Notes under the pieces: generated by a model | Seen by the model: the letters and a program-made list of their open reading frames with translations, nothing else | Told to the model about the DNA's origin: nothing | Databases searched by the model: none | Shown: positions 25,001 to 36,682 of the stretch, one piece after another | Layout of the letters: every line of letters starts with the position of its first letter | How positions within the stretch are numbered: the first letter of the stretch is position 1 | Program-made: the position numbers and the translations under genes | Assembly (NCBI GenBank): GCA_002633005.1 | Contig: NMRA01000754.1 | Location: forward strand, 102,648 to 166,647 | DNA: 64,000 nucleotides | Direction: 5' to 3' | DNA from: Phoronis australis | Lineage: Eukaryota; Animalia; Phoronida

Positions 25001-26201
25001 TATGAACTCTGAAGTGTTGTCAACAGTGACTCAAGAAAATGCAAGAGTTTCTTACGGTTGGCAAACCCAAAAATTGAAAATTCAAAAAAATGGGGCTCGT
25101 ACACATTGCCAGGGCTCGAGTTGATAATGAAATGGTATACTATCATAGTGAGGAATATTACGAGGCAAATTTCATGGGAGTAAAATGCTCCGTTCAGTTT
25201 TCGTTTTTAAGTCAGCGAAATGGCACTTTGACAAGAAACATCCACTGCTGATCCATGTCAGTTTGTAACAAGTTGAATGCCTAAATGGACACCCTATCTA
25301 AAACTGTGGGCACACAAGTGTCTTGACACACAGAATACTGATACCATATCACTGTGATTGACATTATCCACCTCCCCCCTTAGACAAAAGAGTGTCAAGT
25401 AAGAAGTATATGAGCTGAAATGCTTTTCAAATGTATGTAATACCAACAAAAGGTGGCTCACAAGTACAACTGTGACGAATACTCTTGCTTCACTGTCACT
25501 GTTTGTGTTCAGAGTTGTAGCAGACATCAAATAACATGAACTGGTACAACTTGCCCAAATGGACGACATCATCTTGTCAAGTTATGTTTACATACACTCA
25601 CATCCAAAAATCTAGCTCCATGTCAATTTATATCATATTGAAGTTGTTTTCTTAACATGAAATAAATCAAGCCAAGATAACACCGATTTGAAATGATTTC
25701 AAAGTAGAACTGGTGCATGTCTGCAACAATCACCAGAAAAGCATTCCATAGAGTATGCTTCTTGCAAGAAAAGGAAGATCTCGCGAAATGTGGATGAAAG
25801 GAAAGCGTTTAAGAGTGTTTTTACTAACCTATCCTAGCAAAATAACACCCACTGAAGTGATTGGCTTGTGAATTTGAAGTATTTAATTTCTATTCAATAA
25901 ATGAAGGATTTTTCACCGTAATTCCAGGCTAATGTCTTGTGGTCTACAGAAATCAGTGCAGATTTTGGAAACTCACACTTTGCAGTACATCAAAGCTCTT
26001 CTTTTAATTGAAGTCATCCACCAACATGTATTCATGTTAATGACACGGTAGCGGCTCGGTAACAGCATCATCATAAACCAATCAAACTATAGAGGGCTTC
26101 ATGTTTATTTCAAATTAAGTTGGTACAACTACCAATAGAATTTTGTACTTCATTATTCGAGTCATGACCGACATTTGTCTGATGTGTTCACAGTCCGCTC
26201 A

Positions 26202-28035
26202 TTACATTGCCCATGCTTGAAGCTCTTTTAAATCTTTATCTTCTTCCACAGCTAGAAAATGAAAGGCAAAAATTTGTTTATAAAAACAATAAAGCGAACA
26301 CAATAGTTCCATAACATCTGACAACTTTTATGGTTGATCATTTCTGAAAAAAAATGAGAAAATAGAATTCCATCTGTCCTTTTTTTGTGTTCTCATTGTC
26401 AACCTAACAGAAGCGTGTGTGCCAAATTTAAAGAAAATCTGTCCAAGAACTCCAGCGACACAAGCACATCTCCGTTTCTTTTCCAGTGCTAGAATCCGTC
26501 TCAATTTTGACTAAATTGTTACAACACCACACTAGGAGCTGCTCCACACAAGTTGAAATCACAACAATTAACTGCGAAAATCCATTCATCAACAAAGCGT
26601 TAATTACCCGACAAAAGTCCGACAATAACGCTATTTCAACCTAACTGCCAGAGTTCAGTTAAAGATTGTCTAGTCTATTTTGAAAACTGAGGGGCAGGGA
26701 TTCAGTCCATAGTAATATTATAGACTAGAGATTAGACTAGAGTTTCAACTGTTTCTCACTGGTGAGCAAATCACACAGTAACTTCAACTAACCAATTGAG
26801 AAAGAGCAAGCTTAACATGCTATTTACATTACACAACAGTACTTAGGATACATCTCCTTGGTAGGTAATTCCCTAACAGTTGGCAGCTCCGCAAAAGACA
26901 TAGAATTAGAGCTACAGTCGAACCCCGTTCATAATGTTCACTAGCTCAGAGCATTTTATTACGCAATTCCCATTTTTCTCTAATGCATAATATCCCTTCA
27001 AAACTTTTATCAAACACAGATACAACATTCGCAGGTTTATAACGTGGATAACTTCACCACCTTTACAGGTAACCCGCGCATGCGAGTGTAAGAATTGATC
27101 ACAGGCCGAAACGGTACCTCAATTTCATACGTGTGCACTGTCATGTATGTAGTTGGACAGCGCTACATACAAAAATTGGCAAGTAAACAAAAGCAAAATT
27201 GTCTATTTGTATTATATGGTTTTTATTTTCTCTAAAGTTGTTACCTTAACAGCGAACCTCGACAGGTTCTGCAGAGCTCATTGTCAGAAAATTTGTCTAC
27301 TTGAATTGAATGCGCCAATAGGTAATATGGTTGAAATTCTTTAAGGCTTGTAATGACCAATGACAAAGAAGAGGAAAATTTTCCAGGTGACATATCATTT
27401 TACAAATACAAATAAATAGGCTGATGTGATAGAATTATTTCTTGTTGTAAAATTTAACAACAAGAAACATTTTGTGCAAAAATAAAGTTAAAATACTAAT
27501 AAAAAGAGACAAAAAGAAGAAACTGGAAATCAAATAGGAGGGAATCGAAACCAAAAAGAGGATATCTTCTTAAAAGATGAAAATTATGAGCCTTGGTTAT
27601 TTTACCTGGTTGTGATTGGTCAAAGCTTGAGTGAAATATTTTTGTGTAAGTAGTAAATTTATCTGCAAGAAACTTTTTTGCATGAAAAGCGAATAAAAAG
27701 AGGAAAATGGAAATCAAACTAAGAGGAAATTGAAACCAAAAAAGAGGAAATCTTCAAGGGAAAAATTACGAGCACTGATTTTTTTTCCTGCTCGTGATTG
27801 GTCATAGCTTAGTGAATGCAGCGTGAATGTGTTAAGTGTCTACAAGGAGAGCAGTGGTCGGCAGTGATGAGGTGATCCTTGTTATTAATATATTGATAAG
27901 AGAATATCTCACCTCTCCTCGACTCCTGCACCACAGGTTCACTGGGTACACTAGGCAGCTCTGCCTGTCCTGGCACTTTCAACAACTGTTCGTCTTGTTC
28001 TTCTTGTTCTAGTTCCTCCAACTCTGAAACTCGTC
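26202..28035 (-). pseudogene. CHMP4: CHMP4/Snf7/shrub (ESCRT-III) 3' gene fragment: penultimate exon 27913-28035 and last exon 26202-26251
   Basis: Exons with GT-AG boundaries splice (phase 1) to give ELEELEQEEQDEQLLKVPGQAELPSVPSEPVVQESRR-AVEEDKDLKELQAWAM*, the characteristic CHMP4 C-terminus (MIM2-like LPSVP, ALIX-binding ..L..W helix). The exon starts GAC GAG (DE) out of frame with ELEELE, and no upstream exons were found. Confidence 0.8.
27518..27816. repeat. Diverged ~185-bp tandem duplication in the CHMP4 intron
   Basis: ggaaatcaaa...gaaaccaaaaagagga...gtgattggtca.agctt occurs at ~27525-27636 and ~27709-27816. Confidence 0.7.
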
Positions 28036-28433
28036 CTAAAAGCACAATAGGGTACACTATATTTGCAACAACACTCGGAGGAGGAGAACACTGATGGTCA
28101 ACCATATTTTAATTTCAAACTGAGAATGAACAAGAAAAAAAGCACAAGAACTGAGATATTAAGATTATGAAACCATTGAGTTACAATGAAACAAACTGCA
28201 TTGCTGGATTTATAGGTGAACCAAATTGTCAGAATGTTGATTATGTAATTAATAGAGTAACTTCCATTGGAGTTGCCCAGATTTTGTGTATGGGGTCAAA
28301 CTTGCTAAGATGTACTTTAAAACATCTTAGATGATGTTTACCTCTTTTGTTCTGAGATCAATGAAATGAAAGGATTCTGGAAATTTCCGAGATCTGATTA
28401 AAACAGCCAATGTTATGATTAGTTAACAGCAAA

Positions 28434-29345
28434 AGGGCTCGACAATAACAGGCTTTTATTTTAACTTGTCCTATCGGACAAGCAGAAATGAAATTTACTT
28501 GTCCTGACCTATAACACACTTGTCCAAAGGTAGTTAAACTCAAATTATACTTTTCAAACACATATGAATGTCGCACATTATACCTGTTAGCACAAGCTCA
28601 ATACTGAAACATGTGCAAGAGCATATATTCATATTTAAATTTTGCTCAAGTTTATTAAAATGGGTATTTGTATTTGGATTTCACCACGCTACAAGTTTAC
28701 CCCTGCTTTCCAATTAAGCTATATGTTTTTTATAAGCTGCTGAGTGCTCCGTCGATTGTTTGTGACTTTTCAAAGATTCTATCCTGAACGCATCTGACCC
28801 AGACGCAAGAGATGAAGTGTTTGCGTCGGCGTATTTTTCACATGGGACACAACACATTTTATTTCTGGTCGCTATGATACCGTATCCAGTCAAAATCTTC
28901 CTTCCATTTCGGAAGGAATTCCCGTTTTCGTTTATTGTTTTCATACTGTTGCTTTGGTGGTTTCACGCCCTTTCGTTTGGTTACCAGTTGCAAGATTAGA
29001 ACTCCTTGAGTTGAAACCATACGCAAATTAAGTATCTATTTCGACATTGCAACTACAGACACCGGCGCAGACAACAGTTTCCATACATACCGTAATACAG
29101 TTGAATGTCGTGAAGTTTTATTAATACGTGCTAGCGAGCTATCGCTACTACACGTGAGTCATGTGCGTAATCATAATTAAATTGTAACAGTCAAGTGACA
29201 AAATGTGTTGACGAGCAAATGATTGAAATTTGACTTACCATACTTGTCCGCGCTACCGCCCAGGACTCTTAAATTGGAAATCTAAAAAATAGGGGGGTGG
29301 GCGCTAAGCCGAGCATGGGCGGTTAAATTTTTGAAAAGTCGGGAG
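28434..29345 (-). mobile_element. Defective hAT-family element with a TTF-type zinc-finger remnant (ZNF862-like transposase N-terminus)
   Basis: Two frames join as KRKREFLPKWKEDFDWIRY / NKMCCVPCEKY...SLASGSDAFRIESLKSHKQSTEH (28717-28960). The left end agggctcgacaataac resembles a CAGGGCTCG hAT terminus, with cttgtcc subterminal repeats. The right boundary is approximate. Confidence 0.65.
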
Positions 29346-29686
29346 TTGTTGCTTACTGCACAGAGGGCCGATTTTACCCTGACGGAGCTACAATGACGTC
29401 GGACTTCAAGCATACCAGTTAAAATATAGGTCGGGGGATTGGAGTAAAGGACTTCGACATCCTGCACACACAATACCGTGGCGTCGTGATCCTGAGCGTG
29501 ATTGGGCTTTTATGTACCTTGGTCGCTGTTGGTCATCTCTTAGAACTAAGGTATTCCTACAGGTAGGCGTGCGATCAGTAGGGCAAGTTTCTTGAGAGAA
29601 AAGACAGATTAAACAAGACTCCACTAGTTCACGGTGTATTTCTAAGGGAAGCACTTGATGCTGTAAAGATTTGCTTCCCGCTGGAC

Positions 29687-29806
29687 ACTTAGGCAACCAG
29701 CACGTGCTAATGATTGACAGCTAGGTCTTCTTACTGAATACTTTGAACTTAGTTAGGCAACCAAACACATGGTAATGATTGACAGGTCTTCTTATTGAAT
29801 ACTTTG
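29687..29806. repeat. Two-copy ~63-bp tandem repeat
   Basis: ttaggcaacca...taatgattgacag...gtcttctta.tgaatactttg occurs twice. Confidence 0.8.
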
Positions 29807-32800
29807 TACAGCGTATCATTTTATACACATTGTATATTTCTTTTTTTAGTTCAAAACTAACACCGCTGTTGTTCAAAGCACATGCTCAACAATCGAGCGA
29901 TACCACTATTAGGCAATAGGGGTACTCGGTCAGCTGCCAAAATAATGATGCAAAAACACATCTAGTATAAAGTCATCACGTAAATCAAAAGTTCAAAAAA
30001 TAATTTTTTTGTCCTTAGTCAAGGATTGTAAAATACGAGATGGTATGTCCTTTTCATTGCCTGTTGCTTGGAAACGAACAAAAAACCAATTTTTTATTTT
30101 TTATTTCCTTAGTCACACAGAAAATTGATAAGGAAATATTATATGAAATCACCAACAGCCCACGAATTGAACCCCCAACGCACCTCAAAAATGGCTAAAC
30201 ACAAAAACATGCATAATTTAGCGCATTTTGGCGCTCCAATTAAGGTTAACGGAAACTCGTTTGAAAATGCAAAAGCTGTCATCATATAAACAGTCTCAAC
30301 AGTTTTTATAAAAAATATTACAAAATATTTTCTCTAACTTTCACTTGAACCGTTTTAAAATTACTTTAATCACTGGAAATATTTGATTAGGCCAAAGTGT
30401 TGATGATGCTCCACCTTAGAAAATACTGGCCTGGATAATTTCAAATAAACCTTTGAAAATATGTCAACAGGACGTACGAAAGCACATTTTTTCAAGACCT
30501 GAGGCGATGACCCTAGAGTCGACTTCGTGGAATGGCAGTTAATAATGCTAACAAAATCCACAGTTAAAGCGCAGGGTAAATTTATCACCGACAGTGAGTC
30601 CTCATGAAATATTTTTTTCAAAAGTCTCACATCTGAACTACTTCACGATTTAAAGGAACTTTTTTGCCCACTATTTTCTTTCCTTGCCCAACGATTCCCC
30701 CATTTGCTGCTACTGCCCCCCCACCCACCACCCTCACCACCCGCCTTATATGGTTATATTTGTGTTATGTAAATAACCTCGGCACCCAGAAGCGATGTAC
30801 GTTACCCATGAATGGGCTCAATTAGATGCTCACCGGCCTTTTGCGATTGTTTAGCTCCACATCGGGAACTCCATCGAAAAGAATCTGTGATGTGGTACGC
30901 ATGCTGGGAACCAAAGTCTATATTGGGTTTGCACTAAGGGAACTTCGCACCAGGTACCTATGGTCGGTAGTAGCCTAACTGTGTTTGTCTGCACTGCCTA
31001 ATCGTTACATTCAATAGAACAACGGGGAGGGGGTACCCTGAGTCTCTTGTCACGTGACTTTTGTATTTCCCGCCAATGAGATTCAACTGAATACTGCTAT
31101 TCGAACCAGAAAACTGCTGCTGTTGTGACATGAGATACGTGCGATTACTACTGCTACATACGAAACCTCATTACTACTACAATGAGATCTATAAATATAT
31201 TGTGTGGAGTGCCTGAACATCTGTGGATCCATCACGCAGTAAGTACTCTGCTTTTATAACATGTGTTAAGTCGACGTTATGTTTTTTTGAAAATGGTCAT
31301 CAGGCAAACACTAAAAAGCATAACGATGCTGGCCTTTAGCTGGCCAGATCGCAGCTTCTTGGAAAGGGGATGTGATCGTCCATTTAGATGACAAAAAAGT
31401 AAAAAAATTGGGCAAGGATGGAAAAAGCTGAGCGAAGAGTTCAATCGAGTGAGAGTTTTGAAATGTGTGGTCGCATGTGGACTCTTCATGTGTTTGTGAT
31501 AATTCCTCTTTAATTGCGGTTTTTCTTACCATTATTATGTTTTATTGTCAAATCATTCGACAACAATTCAATATCAGATTACTCTGTTAATGTTTTTAAA
31601 CCCCGAACGCTTTAGTCACAATTCAACATTGACAGCTAATTGTTTGTAACGTTGTTAGTTATCGCTGTGTAGTTGAAACGGTAGTTCCTGCAGATGTCAG
31701 AAGGTTACATTTTTGATACTGTGAATGATTTCATTTTTTCAGTAAATATCTTGGATTAACCAACTGCTGTCAAAAATCGTGCAAAATATCCTAATGAACT
31801 TTTATCCTATTTAAGCATAGTGTAATTACACTGTTGAATAACTAAAAGGTTACGTTACCTTTATGAAGGAGCTTTTGGGAAATTGGGTGGATTTTACTCA
31901 TCTGAAATGTAGTTTCAATCCCTTTAATCGGTGTTTGTAAAAAAGATTAAGACACTGCAGTTAGGTCTGACCATATCGCCCTACATAGGGTTTCATCACA
32001 GGCAAACCGTCAACTAACAAAATGGTTTTCAAGTGTTAGTTTTTTGCTGCCATAATGGAAACCATCGTCGAAATTCCTTGAAAACGACTTCTATAATACC
32101 AATTGTTATCGCTCATGAGAGATACAGCATTCTAGAGGTTGAAATAGTCCTTTATGACTGAACTGTAAACGAGACATGACAATTGGTGAACCCCGTTTGT
32201 GCTAAAATAAGAATTTAGTGCTCTCAAGTCCAAAATATATGAAAGATTAGGCAAAAATGTAAAGAGGCCACGCAGGACAAAACCTTGAACGGACAAAAAT
32301 GTTTAAATACATGATGTCCTGAATATAGCTCATCATTTTCAGTTATAGTCTATTAATAATCGTCTTCCATTCGTGTATAAATTTGGGATGTTGTCCAGCA
32401 GTAAAATCTCTATGATCAATGCGTGGAAATCATTGAAACCAATTATCATCTTCTTAGTTTCCTCTACCTAGCGTTTCACTTTTTCGCTTCATTACACCGA
32501 TTGCATGCTGTTCGCAAAGCGCACAATATAAATCGCCTAGTAAAGAACACAAATTGCAGATAAAACAGTAGAACACTCAAACGTTTAGTAATCACTGAAC
32601 CTACTCGAATCTCTCTGAATCTTGCATTACCCCCAACGACATCCCCGGGCCCGTCGCTAGCGCAACTGAAAACTTCATGACCCGACTATATGGACTCCGA
32701 TCGGCCCGAAAAATACGATTTTCATGATACAGACTGCTGGGCGCAGAGATCAACACACTTAAAGTCATTACTAATTTGCTACTCACTGTACTAGAACTCT

Positions 32801-33429
32801 TTCAAGAAACCAGGCTATCGTGTTATTTGTGCCTATATATTAATCTTTGGTATAGAAGAAGAGTTCATTTATATAGGCCAAATGCCAATCCGGGCGAATC
32901 CGACAACCGGTGTGCCCTCTGGTAGCAATTTTACATTTTTTACGTTTATCTCCACCTATCAACCAAACCATTCTAAGGATGATTGTGAAAATTGGCACAT
33001 TATGTTCTCAGTGTGATGAGAATGGTTGACGATGACGACTTTGACTACTGTGGCGCCTCCTATTGGCAGTTTTTTGCCCATAGCAGTGTTTCCTAAACCC
33101 ATAGCAGGATCTTTATTAAATTTAGGACTAAGAGTATTTATATGAAGTTGACAACAGATGACGACTTTCAGCCGCATACGAAAAACGCTGTGGCTCCTAG
33201 TGGCAATATCATTTTTCCGTTTGCTTTATTTCTCTCAAGTTCCTTCACAGACTTTTATGAAATTTGGGTAACTGGCTTTTTATTAAACAAACATTGATAT
33301 GTTCCTGTTTTCGGATGGATTCGATGTACTTTGTGTCATCTAGTGGCCATTTTTATGATACAAATAAACACCCCTAAAAGCACACTGTTTGCTGTGCATT
33401 CGTGGGCACATTTCTTCACTCTGCGTTGC

Positions 33430-35350
33430 TTTTGTTATTATCTTGTGATTGGAATGTTGTTCAATTACAACAAACCAAACCTAATCTGAAAAGGGAAATT
33501 GAGAATCAAAAAAGCACTTTTAATCTTGTGGACCCATTGAGAATAGTCCAAAAATGCTTTACATTGTTTAAAAAGACTCCTTGCAAAATGTCTTGATTTT
33601 TTAGTCAGCAATGAGTTTTTGAAGATGGTGGATAGCGTAAACTCTTAGTCCAGGTTACAAAACAAAACACTCAAGCATTTGTTTCACGTTTAACTGTTAG
33701 TAGCAATTTTTAAAAACTGCGCAGTTTGTGACGATTTAATAATTCTCTGTTAGAAGATGATCATTATTTAACCAAAGTTAGAAATGTGACTATCGATACT
33801 ATTGGGGAGTATTCTGCTCAGCCATACAATAATGAACACTTTAATGAAGAATTATTGAAGGATATTGATCATTTTTTTATTTTTTGGTGTTCTTTTGAAC
33901 AACATCAGGACCAATTACTATAACATTTTCTATTGTAATGTAAAAGCAAAAACAAAAGATTCAAGCGGATTGAATTAATAAAAAGAGAGGTTTTTCAAAT
34001 CTTGTTTACGAAGAGTTAATGCAGGAATGCAATGTTCATTTGTAAAAAAAATAAGAAAATTATGTAAAAGGCTTAAGGCCCAGTCATACAGCCGATTACG
34101 CATGAATCACTCATGAATCACGCACAGGTTTTCGCTTATGCGTGAAGCTTGCGTCGTATGCGTAATTGGTCGGTTTAATTCAGTGAATGTAAGTGGATGT
34201 GCGTCGAGGAGGGGTTGTGCGCGATTTTGAGTTTTGAACGGTTCAAAAATTTTACAACGCACAACTCTGCGTCGGTGTGCGTAATTCGTGAGTTGAAGTG
34301 CGTAGTTTATGCGTCGAGTATGCGTGATTATGCGCTGGAGACGCGTTTGCCATCAGTGCTTATGCGTCAGAACTGGTTCGAAATCACGCACGTCCACGTC
34401 CGTCCACTGACGCCCCACCTTCATATCACGCATGAAATACGCATATATGACGTTCATTCCACTGACATCCACTGACAATCACTTACAAAAGTGTTTGAAC
34501 GTGATCCGTCAGTGATTCATGCGTCGAAGGTTCGTGGAATACCATATAATTTTGGCTTGTATACGTCGATATGCGTGATATGTCAGTGATTCATCAGTGA
34601 TTGTAAGTGATATGTGCGTGGGCCATAGGTGATTCGTCAGTTATTTGTCAGTGATTTCTAACGTCTACACCCGGAAAATTTCTCGACGATCAAAACACGC
34701 ACAAATTCAATTTGTGCGTGTTGTATGAGTGATTCATGCGTGATCGGCTGTGTGACTGGGCCTTTAGGATTGAAGAAGGTGATAAGGCAACACAGTACTT
34801 TTGTGGCTTAGAAAACCAAAACTTAGTTAAGTTAACAATTAAACTAGGGTGGTAAAACCCTCGGGTGAAACTTTGACAAAACAAAAAGAAATTTTAAGTG
34901 AATTTAATCTTTTTACGAAGAACTATATGCTTCTAGAGACAGTGCACGCGGAATTGAGAATATCAGTGACACTGCAAAAACTCAAAATATACGAAAAAAT
35001 TAGCGATTTTGATCGAGCAAGAAATAAAATTACATTAAAGAACATGAAAAATAACACAAGTCCAGGAATTGATGGTTTTGCTTTTGGTAGGAATTATCAC
35101 CCATCTTTCAAGTATAGTAGTGAAATGAATACTCTCCCCACTTCACAACTGCAATGAGCAATTAACGTTCTGCTAAAATCCGGTAAACCAAGGGAATTTA
35201 AAAAAAATAAAATTTTGTCATATATGTTAAGATTTTCAAACTTTTATATTTGGTAAAACCGTAAAAGCAAATGAACGACCTGTTGAATCTTATCATTCTT
35301 TCCAGCCAAAAAGCATGTATACTGTAGAAAACTGGAAGTAGAACCTCTAT
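33430..35350 (+). mobile_element. Decayed Tx1/L1-clade LINE ORF2 fragment (endonuclease end to RT start), interrupted by a MITE
   Basis: Motifs in order: CDWNVV, FNLVDPLR, LDFLVS, RIEEGDKATQYFCGLE, QKEILSE, LKNMKNNTSPGIDGF, KSGKPREF; many stops and frameshifts. Confidence 0.75.
34076..34763. mobile_element. PIF/Harbinger-type MITE, ~40-bp TIRs, TTA TSD
   Basis: aggcccagtcatacagccgattacgcatgaatcactcat vs atgagtgattcatgcgtgatcggctgtgtgactgggcct; TTA on both sides (34073-34075 and 34764-34766). Confidence 0.85.
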
Positions 35351-35520
35351 TCATAACACCTTTAAAATGAATTAGAAATTTATTTCACTACCAAGTTCTT
35401 GATGGATGTTTATGAAATTAAACAAATAAGTTGCTGTACATATCATAGCCTGAAATTCCAAGATACTTTCAAAAATTATAATTTTTTTACCACAGATGAA
35501 TGGGGTTCTGATGTATTATG

Positions 35521-36269
35521 TAACAATTTCTTAAAATGTTACAATTGTTGCATTTTACATTGCTAGGTATCTCGTAAAATGTAAGAAGTTGTTACATTTT
35601 ATGTGCAATTTACATAAAAGAAACATACAATTATTATACTTTACGTATCAAAGTAAATGACCAAAATCAGAATAAGTGGTATCTGACACGGCCGGGGTAC
35701 TCGCAACAATTTTACGTGGAACGAGCTGTGATCATTTTTGTCAAAGAAATGCGATAAGCCTTAGCCAAAATACGATGTCAATGTTTCTGTTGTGCTTAAA
35801 ATCTGTGAAATGTGGTTACTGTAATGCCGGCTACAAAATGTATGACATGTGAGTGCCAACAAAAGATTGCATATACGCTTCAACAATAATTGTTACCTAA
35901 CCTTGAAAACTCCTGTCCTCTGGAGTTGTAACTGAATGGGGTAAAGTTTTGACTCTACTAAAAATCTATTTGTGTTAAAAAACAATGGAAACAACATAGG
36001 TGCACATGTATAAATTCGACCTGGTCTATTTGACAGAATTTCATTCAAACAATCCATGAAAGAACCTGTTAAGTGTGTGAACCATTTTCCTCTGTGTGGT
36101 AAATACCAAGCAAACTCATGAAATGCATGACTTCGCTTTTATAAATGTAACAATGGTACATTTCTCGCATGTGCATTCCTGTAAACTGTAACAATTACAA
36201 AAATGCTACATTTTAGGAAAGGCCTAGCAAGGTAAAATATAACAATGACATAAAATGTAACAGTTGTTA
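35521..36269. mobile_element. Degenerate TIR element (MITE-like)
   Basis: ttgttgcattttacattgctagg...aaaatgta (~35545-35583) is mirrored by tacatttt...cctagcaaggtaaaatataacaa (~36207-36245). Confidence 0.5.
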
Positions 36270-36682
36270 GCTGAGAGCATTGGCTTTTTGAAAATTAAGA
36301 CTTTGACCAAAAATTGCTTAATTGCTGATTCTTGCTGACTTAAGGCATGACCTTTAGGTATACATTTCTATTTCAGGAATGGAGAGAAGTTCCTAGGCAT
36401 CAACGCTTGCCGTCATCAACTACTCGCATCTCAAGTACATCAAGGAATGCCACCTGCCTGCCGTCAACTGTGCACAGTACAAAAAACTTAGTTTTCAATA
36501 CATACGCATTTTGTTCACTTTTCGGTAACTCGTAATTTCATCTAAATCCATTTTGCAGTTCATGAAAAACACCCGAAGTAGTTTGACAGATGGGCAAGGA
36601 ATTCAAGGTCATAACCGCTAATTTTGTCATCATGTCGGGGAATTCCAGGTCGTTCTGGTTGATCACTGTGGTGTGTACTGTG

